Part shown: positions 51,464 to 59,464 of the stretch, in pieces | Layout of the letters: the number at the start of each line of letters is the position of its first letter | How positions within the stretch are numbered: position 1 is the first letter of the stretch | Origin: an uncultured virus (IMG/VR IMGVR_UViG_3300008107_000141) | Taxonomy: Duplodnaviria > Heunggongvirae > Uroviricota > Caudoviricetes | Virus record (IMG/VR): IMGVR_UViG_3300008107_000141 | Direction: 5' to 3' (one strand) | DNA: 64,000 bases | Notes under the pieces: model-generated | The model's database searches: none | What the model saw: only the letters and a program-made list of their open reading frames with translations | What the model was told of the DNA's origin: nothing | Position numbers and translations under genes: made by a program

Positions 51464-51649
51464 ATGGCAATATATGAGTATCGATGTGGAGAATGTAAAG
51501 AAAACTTTATTAAACAAAGACCAATGGCGTCTGAGGATCCAGGGTATAAATGTGATGCTTGCAATTCAGATCTAATTCGTGTATACTCTAATGTAGGAGC
51601 AGTATTCAACGGCAGTGGATTTTATTCTACTGACAATCGGAAGGTATAA
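51464..51649 (+). CDS. FmdB-family zinc-ribbon protein
   Basis: YEYRCGEC...CDAC...F.GSGFYSTD. Confidence 0.8.
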   Translation: MAIYEYRCGECKENFIKQRPMASEDPGYKCDACNSDLIRVYSNVGAVFNGSGFYSTDNRKV

Positions 51650-51650
51650 T

Positions 51651-51902
51651 ATGTTTACAATGGTTAAAGATGAGGCTAAGACAGAGTGGCAACTATCCCC
51701 AATTGACAGGTGTGATAGATGTGGTGCTGAGGCCCTAGTGAGAGTAACTGGCTTAAACGGAGAACTGTTGTTTTGTGGTCATCACTATAACAAGGTTATG
51801 GACAATGCTGTTGGTTACGATAAAATGATGAAGTTTGCAATTACCGTTCTTGATGAAAGAAATAAACTAATTGAAAATAAAGCAAAGGGGAAAGATTACT
51901 AA
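51651..51902 (+). CDS. Small Zn-binding hypothetical protein
   Basis: DRCDRCGA...LLFCGHH. Confidence 0.65.
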   Translation: MFTMVKDEAKTEWQLSPIDRCDRCGAEALVRVTGLNGELLFCGHHYNKVMDNAVGYDKMMKFAITVLDERNKLIENKAKGKDY

Positions 51903-52309
51903 TGTATACATATTATGTAAGAAAAGTAGAGGGCGTAGTAGATGGAGACACTATTGACGTTCTAATTGATTTGGGTTTTGATATTTTATTTGCGTCTCGT
52001 GTTAGACTCGCTGGTATTGATACTCCAGAGTCTCGTACTAAAGATCTTAAAGAAAAGGCTCTGGGGCTAGAATCTAAAGAGTACCTAAAGAAGTTTTTGA
52101 AGGATGCAAAGTCTGTAGTAATTAAGACAGAAAAGATGGACTCTTCTGAAAAGTATGGTCGAATTCTTGGTTGGCTTTATGTAGACGGAGACACCGTTTC
52201 TGTAAACGACCATATGATTAATGATGGTTATGCTTGGGGCTACCTTGGAGATACTAAGGTAAAAGATTTTGATGCTTTGGCAAAGGCTAGAAAGAAATCT
52301 GGAAAATGA
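51902..52309 (+). CDS. Thermonuclease (SNase-like)
   Basis: VVDGDT, RVRLAGIDTPE, KYGRILG. Confidence 0.85.
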   Translation: MYTYYVRKVEGVVDGDTIDVLIDLGFDILFASRVRLAGIDTPESRTKDLKEKALGLESKEYLKKFLKDAKSVVIKTEKMDSSEKYGRILGWLYVDGDTVSVNDHMINDGYAWGYLGDTKVKDFDALAKARKKSGK

Positions 52310-52638
52310 ATGAATCGAATGAAATATTCAACAAATTAGTTTTAACTGGTGGGCTAAGGTTTGCTGGTAAGGATCCAGAAACAGGAGAAAACATGTATGT
52401 TAAAACAGAAATGTTGAAAGACATAGATCCAAAACTTGATGTAGCATTGGGAAAATATTTTTCAGAAATGTCAATGAAGTTGTGGGAAAAAGGTTTTATC
52501 GATATGGATGTGACAGATGCTAACCCTATTGTTAGCCTTAATAAAAAATCTCTTGATCCAGAACAGGTAAAAAAATTGGATGCAAATGAAAGGTCAGCCC
52601 TAAAACAGTTAATCAAACTTCTTTTTAACAAAAAGTGA
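52306..52638 (+). CDS. Hypothetical protein
   Basis: ATGA-coupled ORF. Confidence 0.6.
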   Translation: MNESNEIFNKLVLTGGLRFAGKDPETGENMYVKTEMLKDIDPKLDVALGKYFSEMSMKLWEKGFIDMDVTDANPIVSLNKKSLDPEQVKKLDANERSALKQLIKLLFNKK

Positions 52639-52661
52639 TAAAATAAGTTTAGGGGGCATTA

Positions 52662-53078
52662 ATGAACGATATTTTTGGAGCAATCCTTTTGACGGCAGCA
52701 ATGCTGCTCTCTATTTTCTTTTATCTATTCAAGTCTCGTAGGCATACAAAAAATGTGCAGATTGTAAGTCAGGCTAGACTGCACCACAGATACTCAGGAT
52801 CTAAAAAGCACAAAAGAAGGCTTAAGCCAAAAACTCAGTCTAGTAGACATCAGGATGAATCTACAACCAAGGTAATAGTTGTAGATGATGTAGCGTATTG
52901 GATTAAAAATAATACATTTTATAAAGCCCCTCTAGTAAATGAAAAAATTGATAAAGATTCTGCAGAAAAAGTTGACACAACCAATATGGATAAGGTACAA
53001 TTAGATAAGATGTTGTTCATAGTAGACAAACTAACAGAAGGGACAAGTGATGATAGTAGGGGTTCAGGGAACGCCTAA
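52662..53078 (+). CDS. Hypothetical protein with N-terminal TM helix
   Basis: Hydrophobic N-terminus followed by a basic stretch. Confidence 0.6.
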   Translation: MNDIFGAILLTAAMLLSIFFYLFKSRRHTKNVQIVSQARLHHRYSGSKKHKRRLKPKTQSSRHQDESTTKVIVVDDVAYWIKNNTFYKAPLVNEKIDKDSAEKVDTTNMDKVQLDKMLFIVDKLTEGTSDDSRGSGNA

Positions 53079-53400
53079 TTTCAACAACTATAATATTTTC
53101 CTTAGAGCAATGGCTGTTGCTTTGTCTGAATTAAAAGATAATGAAAAAGAGTTTTACTTATACTCTGTTGGTCCAGGAAATGTTAATGATATGGCGATGG
53201 AGTTTGTAAATCTTTCTGAAAGAGGTATGAAGTCTAGAGGAAAGTCTATCAAACTATTTAGGGTTACTCCTCAATGGCTTGAAGAAAATATTGATAGTTT
53301 TGATCACTTTGCTTTTGTTGCAAATCCAAAAGAAAGAGTGTCGAACCTAGTTAGTTTGTCAAAGTCAAAAAATATTAATACAAACGTATACAACTTTTAA
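53047..53400 (+). CDS. Possible SLOG/YspA-like protein
   Basis: IVGVQGT..F.NY N-terminus resembles the SLOG G-(S/T)-R-x-F-x-D-Y pattern. Confidence 0.4.
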   Translation: MMIVGVQGTPNFNNYNIFLRAMAVALSELKDNEKEFYLYSVGPGNVNDMAMEFVNLSERGMKSRGKSIKLFRVTPQWLEENIDSFDHFAFVANPKERVSNLVSLSKSKNINTNVYNF

Positions 53401-53411
53401 GGAGTATAAAA

Positions 53412-53624
53412 ATGAAAACAATAGATTCTCTTGAACAAATGGAGACAATTGTTTCCAAGAACAAAAACTTGTCTTGGGATGGTTGGAATGTTGTTGAAAT
53501 GTCAAGGTCAGATAAGGCAATGACATCAAAATACGGAGCACTTAAAAACGGTGCTTGGTACCTAAAAAAGATTTTTGTCGTCTCTAGAAATGGATGGGAA
53601 ATACCTGACAAGTATGTAGCATAA
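53412..53624 (+). CDS. Hypothetical protein
   Basis: SD AAGGAG; LSWDGWNV. Confidence 0.65.
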   Translation: MKTIDSLEQMETIVSKNKNLSWDGWNVVEMSRSDKAMTSKYGALKNGAWYLKKIFVVSRNGWEIPDKYVA

Positions 53625-53626
53625 TT

Positions 53627-53908
53627 ATGAATAGGTATGAATGGAAAGATAATGCTGCATGCCTAGATTATGATACTAATGTTTTTTTTGATAAATACGA
53701 AGAAGATGAGTTGTTAAGGCCTGCTGTAGACCTGCTATGTTCTGAATGTCCAGTAAGAAAAGAGTGTTTTTCTGTTGGTATTTCTGGCAAAGAGTGGGGC
53801 GTTTGGGGCGGGGTATACTTAGAAAACGGCGAAATATCAAAAGAATTTTCTAGCCATAAAACAAAATCTGATTGGGGTGTAACATGGCAGTCTTTAACAA
53901 TGGACTAA
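53627..53908 (+). CDS. whiB: WhiB-family Fe-S transcription factor
   Basis: W...AAC...FF...C..CPV...C...GVWGG. Confidence 0.9.
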   Translation: MNRYEWKDNAACLDYDTNVFFDKYEEDELLRPAVDLLCSECPVRKECFSVGISGKEWGVWGGVYLENGEISKEFSSHKTKSDWGVTWQSLTMD

Positions 53909-54153
53909 TATATACAGATGCAATGAGAAGAGCCTTTAGGTCTCTTGATCATCTTGCACCAAAAGGTTTTTCTTTACAAATAATTGAACACGAAGAGGGA
54001 TTTTTAACTGTTCGTGCTTCTGAAAAATCTTTTATGCTTTTAAGTCATGATGACAAGATTCGTGCTGCAAACTATATGATTAAAACAAAGAAGGCTCTTG
54101 AGCAGAACGGGGCAATTGTTCAGTTGGTTAGAGAGGGAGGGAAAGAATTATGA
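53908..54153 (+). CDS. Hypothetical protein (start uncertain)
   Basis: In-frame with the track ORF at 53872; start is either ATA 53908 overlapping the whiB stop or ATG 53923. Confidence 0.5.
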   Translation: MYTDAMRRAFRSLDHLAPKGFSLQIIEHEEGFLTVRASEKSFMLLSHDDKIRAANYMIKTKKALEQNGAIVQLVREGGKEL

Positions 54154-54560
54154 TAGAAATATTTGCTATAGTTGCTTTGTCTATCACTTCGTTATTATTT
54201 ATTTATTTGTATATTGTACAAAAAAGAATAAACATTTCAATTCTTGCAAATACTTTAAAAACTTTGTTACAGCAAGAAATCCAGCATAAAGAAAATAAAA
54301 CAGATAAAGAAAAAGCAAATGAAGATTTTTTAAAATTTGTTTCAGATTCTCGTGATTTAGCATATGAGTATATAGAGTCTGTTCAGGCTGGACTACAAAA
54401 ATTTATTGATGAGGTTGAGCCACAGATTGACTATTATGACAAGTATGGGGCTGCTATTGAGGGAATGGTTTCTCCCCATGATTTTGCTTTGAAGAAAATA
54501 TCTTCAGAATTTAAAGAATTAAAAAAATTACTTCCCGAAGATTATGGTAAAATGTTATAA
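54150..54560 (+). CDS. Membrane-anchored hypothetical protein
   Basis: N-terminal TM helix; FLKFVSDSRD.AYEYIE. Confidence 0.65.
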   Translation: MIEIFAIVALSITSLLFIYLYIVQKRINISILANTLKTLLQQEIQHKENKTDKEKANEDFLKFVSDSRDLAYEYIESVQAGLQKFIDEVEPQIDYYDKYGAAIEGMVSPHDFALKKISSEFKELKKLLPEDYGKML

Positions 54561-55435
54561 TGAATTTTTATTATTTTGGTGGTGTGTTTCATGAAAATAG
54601 TATGGAGACAGCCCCTATTCTTGAAAAAAATAATTTTTCTGGGGTAATGTATACATATGATCCGACAGAAGGAGACATGTTTACAAGAGTTGCAAGAGAA
54701 ATCAAAACAGACGGCAAGATTAAATATCTTGTTGCAATTAGGCCATATACTATATCTCCACAATATTTATACACAATAAGTCAATCAATAAGCGAAATTG
54801 CTCCGAATAGACTTCAAATCAATGTTGTTCCTGGATATATCAAAGATCATGAAAAAAATATTGGTGGTATTTTAGGCGAGGTAAATGATCTATCAGAATC
54901 TTTAGAAAGATCAAAATACACAATTGAATTTATTAAAAAACTTGATGAAATAAATAATGGCATAATGGCTACTCAAACTGCAGAAGGAAAGCAACTAGAG
55001 AACACTTTAGATGTTTATATATCAACTACAAACAGTTATGTTTTTGAAACTGTTAAAAAATACAAAAATAAAATAATTTTGCCTTACCATATTTATAAAC
55101 GTGGATTTTGGTCAGATGTTTTAAAAGATCCATCAATGATGATTAATCTTGATATTAAAGATACAGAGGTTATGCTGGCAATGACACCAATTATTAGAAA
55201 AACAAAAGAAGAGTTAGAGCCACTGGCAAAACATGCAATGAGACCAGTCTGGAAAAAAGGCGAAGTCCCAGTGGTAGTAGGAGATGTAGAATATTTTACA
55301 TACGATAGTTTCCACGAATTTGTTCAAACTCTTAAAGAAGACAATATTAATCATCTTTTAATTAATGCTGTTCCAAGATCTGAATCAGAAATTATTATAT
55401 CTTTTATCAATCAGTATGTGGAGTCACAAAAATGA
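54560..55435 (+). CDS. Luciferase-like monooxygenase (LLM) family protein
   Basis: KYLVAIRPYTISPQY...RLQINVVPG resembles SsuD-type motifs; leaderless promoter TGGTAAAAT at 54545-54553. Confidence 0.65.
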   Translation: MNFYYFGGVFHENSMETAPILEKNNFSGVMYTYDPTEGDMFTRVAREIKTDGKIKYLVAIRPYTISPQYLYTISQSISEIAPNRLQINVVPGYIKDHEKNIGGILGEVNDLSESLERSKYTIEFIKKLDEINNGIMATQTAEGKQLENTLDVYISTTNSYVFETVKKYKNKIILPYHIYKRGFWSDVLKDPSMMINLDIKDTEVMLAMTPIIRKTKEELEPLAKHAMRPVWKKGEVPVVVGDVEYFTYDSFHEFVQTLKEDNINHLLINAVPRSESEIIISFINQYVESQK

Positions 55436-55593
55436 TAGAGTTAAAAACCTATGATCAGATATTTTTGGATCCAGTTGGATACTGTAATGTTCTTTATTGT
55501 AAAGAAGACGGAGAAAAATTGTTTAGCACAGAAACAAGGGTTTTAGATGTTTGTTTAAACCATTACACACAACTACAAAATGCGAGGGAATAA
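55432..55593 (+). CDS. Small hypothetical protein (not in ORF track)
   Basis: 53 aa, ATGA-coupled; C....C and C..H motifs. Confidence 0.5.
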   Translation: MIELKTYDQIFLDPVGYCNVLYCKEDGEKLFSTETRVLDVCLNHYTQLQNARE

Positions 55594-55779
55594 ATGAAAG
55601 AAATCTTGTTATCATTATCAGTAGGCCTTACTTTAGGCTTAATAATCTTATCAATAAGCGCAATATCCCCAGTTAAGATTCCAATTCCAGCCCCTCCAGT
55701 ATTCGCTGGCGTTGCTGGTATAATTGGATTATGGCTTGCTCAACCAGTTTGGGTGGCCATATCGAAGTTCATATCCTAG
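55594..55779 (+). CDS. XapX/DUF1427-like membrane protein
   Basis: PIPAPPVFAGVAGIIGLWL. Confidence 0.7.
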   Translation: MKEILLSLSVGLTLGLIILSISAISPVKIPIPAPPVFAGVAGIIGLWLAQPVWVAISKFIS

Positions 55780-55789
55780 GAGGAAAAAA

Positions 55790-56089
55790 ATGAATGAACA
55801 AATTAAGGCAGCACTAGCGTCTTATGGTCGATCAGTTCTTGGAGCAGCAACAGCAATGTATGCTTCTGGAGTAACTGATCCACAGACACTAGCATACTCA
55901 TTGCTTGGTGCAATTGTGCCAGTAGTATTGAGAGCAGCAAATCCAAACGACACAGCGTTTGGTCGCCTACCATCTGTAGAAGATGTAGACGCTGCAGTTA
56001 AGTCTGCAAAGGTTGTAAAGAAGCCTGCAAAGAAGGCTCCAGCAAAGAAGAAGTCTGGCGGTGGCGGAAAGCCACAGCAAATGCTTTAA
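55790..56089 (+). CDS. Holin-like membrane protein with Lys-rich tail
   Basis: SD AGGAGG; LASYGRS...PVVLRAANPNDTAFGR; K/A/P-rich tail. Confidence 0.55.
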   Translation: MNEQIKAALASYGRSVLGAATAMYASGVTDPQTLAYSLLGAIVPVVLRAANPNDTAFGRLPSVEDVDAAVKSAKVVKKPAKKAPAKKKSGGGGKPQQML

Positions 56090-56106
56090 TAGTATTTGTT
56101 TATAGG

Positions 56107-56149
56107 ACAGGGATGGGCACTTGACATCCCTGTTTTATTATGCTATAAT
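56107..56149 (+). promoter_or_regulatory. Terminator overlapping consensus promoter of hsp20
   Basis: ACAGGGATG/CATCCCTGT stem plus T-run; TTGACA(56121)-N17-TATAAT(56144). Confidence 0.7.
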
Positions 56150-56155
56150 TTAGTT

Positions 56156-56210
56156 GTGCCTGCCCAAAGGGGGGTACAAATTGAACTCGCTTAACAAGGA
56201 GGAAATAATG
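56156..56210 (+). promoter_or_regulatory. ROSE-like RNA thermometer in hsp20 5'UTR
   Basis: 5' hairpin, then CTCGCT-TAACA-AGGAG pairing the SD with a bulged G. Confidence 0.6.
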
Positions 56211-56627
56211 GTAAGTTCATGGTCATTGGATCTTTTTAAGGATCCATTTTTTATTGGTTTCAACAGAGAGTTGGACCGCTTCTATAATATCCATCGTGAG
56301 GCAACTCGTCAATCATATCCACCATATGATGTGGTAAAGATTGATGAAGATACTTACAAACTATCTTTGGCTATTGCTGGCTTCAGCAAAGATGAGGTAG
56401 AGGTTTCTGTGGATAATGGAAGTCTTATTGTAAAGGGTGAGAAAACCGAAGAGGACGCAAATAATGTCCTGCATAAGGGTATCGCAACCAGAAAGTTCAC
56501 ACGCACCTTTGCTCTCGGAGAGTATATGGAGGTTGATCGTGCTGAAATGGCAGACGGTATTCTTAGCGTCTTTGTGGAAAGAAACATCCCCGAAGAAAAG
56601 AAGCCCAAAACTATCAAAATCAAGTAA
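56208..56627 (+). CDS. hsp20: Small heat-shock protein (Hsp20/IbpA-like)
   Basis: YPPYDVVK, LAIAGF, LHKGIATRKFTRTF.L, A.M.DGIL, IPEEKKPKTI.I. Confidence 0.92.
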   Translation: MVSSWSLDLFKDPFFIGFNRELDRFYNIHREATRQSYPPYDVVKIDEDTYKLSLAIAGFSKDEVEVSVDNGSLIVKGEKTEEDANNVLHKGIATRKFTRTFALGEYMEVDRAEMADGILSVFVERNIPEEKKPKTIKIK

Positions 56628-56644
56628 ATGATATAATAGATATA

Positions 56645-56704
56645 TAGCGTATGGTATCGCTGCCAACGCCCACCTGAGCATGTGGAGAAACTGCTCATTT
56701 TTTT
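56645..56704 (+). ncRNA. Candidate small RNA: hairpin + H-type pseudoknot (copy 2) + U tract
   Basis: Promoter TGATATAAT (56629-56637), hairpin at 56647-69, CCAC-C-TGAGCA-T-GTGG-AGAAAC-TGCTCA, then a T-run. Confidence 0.55.
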
Positions 56705-56720
56705 ATGCTATAATAGTTTT

Positions 56721-57785
56721 ATGCCGTATCGTATAGGTGCTAAGGGTTCTAATGGTTGTTCTGGATACCCCGCTTTAAAGGACACAGGAGAGGTTATGGG
56801 ATGCCATAAGACTCGTTCTGAGGCTGCAGCACAGATCTACGCTATAAACCGTTCTGAGGGCAATATAGGCAAGGCAATGGTCAAAGAGGGCGACATGGTT
56901 ATGGCCCCACACGAAGAAGAAATGTATGTTGGTCGTGTTGTTCATGTTATGAATGAGGGTATGCTTGGAACTCCAGGATCTGAGTACGCACTCGAGGCAA
57001 GTCCAGAAGACCCTGCGATATTAATACAATTATTTGAAATGGAAGATGGTGGTCTTGAAGAGACTGAGTATTTTGTTGGAGCAAAAGCATCGGAAGTAAT
57101 GGCTATGCCATCACTAGAGTCAAATGTGGGAATGGATAAAGCATACGAAGGATGCGGATGTCCAATGTGCAAAGAATTAAATGTAACATGTGAGCAATGT
57201 CCTCAATGTCAATCTGGAGAAATGAAATCAGATTGCTGTGCTAATGTAAACAAACAAGCACCGTGTTGGGATGGATATGTCCAGCGTGGCATGAAGCCAG
57301 GCGCAAATGGTAAGCCAGTTCCTAACTGTGTTCCTGCTGCAAAGGCTGATGATCTTTGGGAAGATGACGACACAGTTGAGTATGATACAGACTCTGTATC
57401 TAAAGCAGAAGGTTATTCTCCACCTGCAGGGGCAAGGGCTGCTGCTCGTAAAGCAATTAAATTTAAAGAAGATGGTAAGGCAAAAGGTGCAGGAACTTCA
57501 GTTGGCTGGACTCGTGCAGGGCAGTTAGCAAGAGGAGAAACTTTGTCTCTTAGTACTGTTAAAAGAATGTATTCATATTTCTCACGCCATGAAATAGACA
57601 AAAAGGGCAAGGACTGGGGCAACTCAGCAAACCCATCTAATGGTTATATTATGTGGCTTGCATGGGGTGGAGATGCAGGATTCTCTTGGTCAAGAGGAAT
57701 TGTTAATCGTGAAAAAGATAAGGCATTGTTTGCTGACTTTGGAAAAGATTATACAAGAGTGCAAACAGAAAAGCATACACTTTAA
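56721..57785 (+). CDS. Modular protein (probable capsid-packaged polyprotein)
   Basis: Leaderless start (TGCTATAAT at 56706-14, then 6 nt); several short modules separated by x-x-K-(A/S/Q) sites. Confidence 0.7.
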   Translation: MPYRIGAKGSNGCSGYPALKDTGEVMGCHKTRSEAAAQIYAINRSEGNIGKAMVKEGDMVMAPHEEEMYVGRVVHVMNEGMLGTPGSEYALEASPEDPAILIQLFEMEDGGLEETEYFVGAKASEVMAMPSLESNVGMDKAYEGCGCPMCKELNVTCEQCPQCQSGEMKSDCCANVNKQAPCWDGYVQRGMKPGANGKPVPNCVPAAKADDLWEDDDTVEYDTDSVSKAEGYSPPAGARAAARKAIKFKEDGKAKGAGTSVGWTRAGQLARGETLSLSTVKRMYSYFSRHEIDKKGKDWGNSANPSNGYIMWLAWGGDAGFSWSRGIVNREKDKALFADFGKDYTRVQTEKHTL

Positions 57786-57937
57786 TGTCAAAAAGAAAAT
57801 CATCTGGCAAGTACAGATCAAAGCATCCATTTAATCCAGTTCAGATTAAAGACGGAATGATTGTTCGTTTAAGAAAAGACGGTACTGTTAAGGCAGTTCT
57901 TGGTAAATACGGCGAGTATAACAAGAAAGATAAGTAA
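57785..57937 (+). CDS. Small basic protein (not in ORF track)
   Basis: MSKRKSSGKYRSKHPFNPVQIKDGMIVRLRKDG..., TAATG-coupled at both ends. Confidence 0.6.
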   Translation: MSKRKSSGKYRSKHPFNPVQIKDGMIVRLRKDGTVKAVLGKYGEYNKKDK

Positions 57938-58188
57938 TGAAAGAACTAATACATTTTACAGCGGAATGGTGTAATCCATGCAAAAGAATGGCACCAGTTA
58001 TAGATGAGTTTTTAAAAAATAATACAGATATTCACTATGATAAGGTTGATGTTGATACAGAATTTTATAAAGCCGAGCAATACAATGTTCAATCAGTTCC
58101 AACTTTAATATCAAAAATTGACGGCAAAATTTATGATCGTGTTTCTGGCGTTGTATCTGAATTTAAATTAAAATCAATGTTTGGTTAA
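57937..58188 (+). CDS. trxA: Thioredoxin
   Basis: FTAEWCNPC, VQSVPT. Confidence 0.9.
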   Translation: MKELIHFTAEWCNPCKRMAPVIDEFLKNNTDIHYDKVDVDTEFYKAEQYNVQSVPTLISKIDGKIYDRVSGVVSEFKLKSMFG

Positions 58189-58332
58189 ATAATCTTTTAT
58201 TAATTCCATAATTTGGATCGTGTACTTATCATAATCTATTTCAATAATAAGATTGCCATCTATCAATTTATGTACCTTTATTTCTTTTCCGATTTCAAAC
58301 AGTATATCTTTTATATCATTTTCTAAACTCAT
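58174..58332 (-). CDS. Small hypothetical protein (not in ORF track)
   Basis: MSLENDIKDILFEIGKEIKVHKLIDGNLIIEIDYDKY..., 52 aa. Confidence 0.5.
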   Translation of the reverse strand: MSLENDIKDILFEIGKEIKVHKLIDGNLIIEIDYDKYTIQIMELIKDYLTKH

Positions 58333-58335
58333 TTG

Positions 58336-58407
58336 AGCCTCCTGTAGGATTTGAACCTACGACAACCCGCTTACAAGGCGGGTACTCTACCCCTGAGTTA
58401 AGGAGGC
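58336..58407 (-). tRNA. tRNA-Thr(TGT)
   Basis: Acceptor GCCTCCT/AGGAGGC, anticodon arm CCCGC-CTTGTAA-GCGGG, T loop TTCAAAT. Confidence 0.92.
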
Positions 58408-58800
58408 AATCCATTTACCAATGATTGATGCAATTAATGCATAAGACTCAAACTTAGCCTTTGTTGTACCTCCATGAGATGTAATAGCATTCATTCTAAG
58501 TTGTGCAGGTAATCCAGTTAAGTTAGGATCGTCTGCCATTTCAGTATATGGATACCAAACATTGTTTTGTGCCATCAATGCTGCTGCTGTAAATGCTGCA
58601 TTTTTTTCTACCTCATCTGTAACGCCAGCAGAAATCATAGCAACAATATCTTGATTACCTGTTGCTAATGCTGCTGCAAGTGCGAGGGATGAAGCATAAT
58701 CATAATCTACAGTACTTCTATTAATGACAGCATCAAGATTTAACTTAATGTCTTTAGCATATTCAGGAACAAGTTCCTTGACTTCATCTACCCAAGTCAT
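58387..58800 (-). pseudogene. ahpD: Alkylhydroperoxidase AhpD, truncated just before the CxxC active site and running into tRNA-Thr
   Basis: PEYAKDIKLNL, AALMAQNNVWY, LRMN and ASIIGK are present; no Cys follows and the ORF ends within the tRNA. Confidence 0.75.
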
Positions 58801-59366
58801 AGTGTTTCTCCACCAAGGCTTCTATTGCATGCACAAAGTTCTCCTGTTTGAAGAGCATCAAGAATACGTAATGTTTCTTCTGGACTTCTTCCGACATTAA
58901 GATTATTTACAGTTACATGTTGAATAACATTATCTGGATCAATGATAAATGTTGCACGAAGAGCAACACCATCCTCATTTAGAACACCAAGTTGAGTTGC
59001 TAAACCAGTGTAGCCTTCTTTATCATCCCATTGAAATTCACGAACCTGATCTGCAAAAGACCAAGAATTGGTTTTCTTTAGATCTTCATGTGCATTACGC
59101 CATGCAATCTTGCAAAACTCATTGTCTGTTGATCCTGTTAATAATACTGCATCACGATCATTGAAATCATTAACTAACTTATCGTATGCCACAATTTCTG
59201 TTGGACAAACAAAGGTAAAATCCTTTGGATAGTATACAAGGACCTTCCATTTTCCTGGAAACCATTGTTCATTTAATACTTCAAAAACATCATCAGCGCC
59301 ATCCAGTCTTCCTGGTTTTACTCCGACAATACGAAATGGATTTAATTTATATCCAATTGTTTTCAT
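58797..59366 (-). CDS. ahpC: Peroxiredoxin AhpC
   Basis: YPKDFTFVCPTE, RATFIIDP, GR...E.LR.LDALQ.GELCAC. Confidence 0.92.
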   Translation of the reverse strand: MKTIGYKLNPFRIVGVKPGRLDGADDVFEVLNEQWFPGKWKVLVYYPKDFTFVCPTEIVAYDKLVNDFNDRDAVLLTGSTDNEFCKIAWRNAHEDLKKTNSWSFADQVREFQWDDKEGYTGLATQLGVLNEDGVALRATFIIDPDNVIQHVTVNNLNVGRSPEETLRILDALQTGELCACNRSLGGETL

Positions 59367-59392
59367 TATATCTCTTTCTTCTATGTTTGATC

Positions 59393-59464
59393 AAAAATAG
59401 GGGGTGTAGTGTTGCAACATAGGCTATAAGTGTTTCCCGACAAATATAGGCTAACTACACCCTT
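59393..59464 (-). ncRNA. Structured leader/small RNA upstream of ahpC
   Basis: Promoter TGCTATAAT (59471-79, minus); closing stem GGGTGTAGT/ACTACACCC, inner CTATA/TATAG, then a T-tract. Confidence 0.45.

Noticed and set aside
56180..56198. HspR (HAIR) or CIRCE operator upstream of hsp20
   Set aside because: TTGAACTCGCTTAACAAG fits CTTGAGT-N7-ACTCAAG poorly; the SD-pairing ROSE-like reading explains it better.
58170..58200. Strand-switch point as replication terminus or att site
   Set aside because: Only convergent overlapping gene ends; no repeat, integrase or clear terminator is visible.
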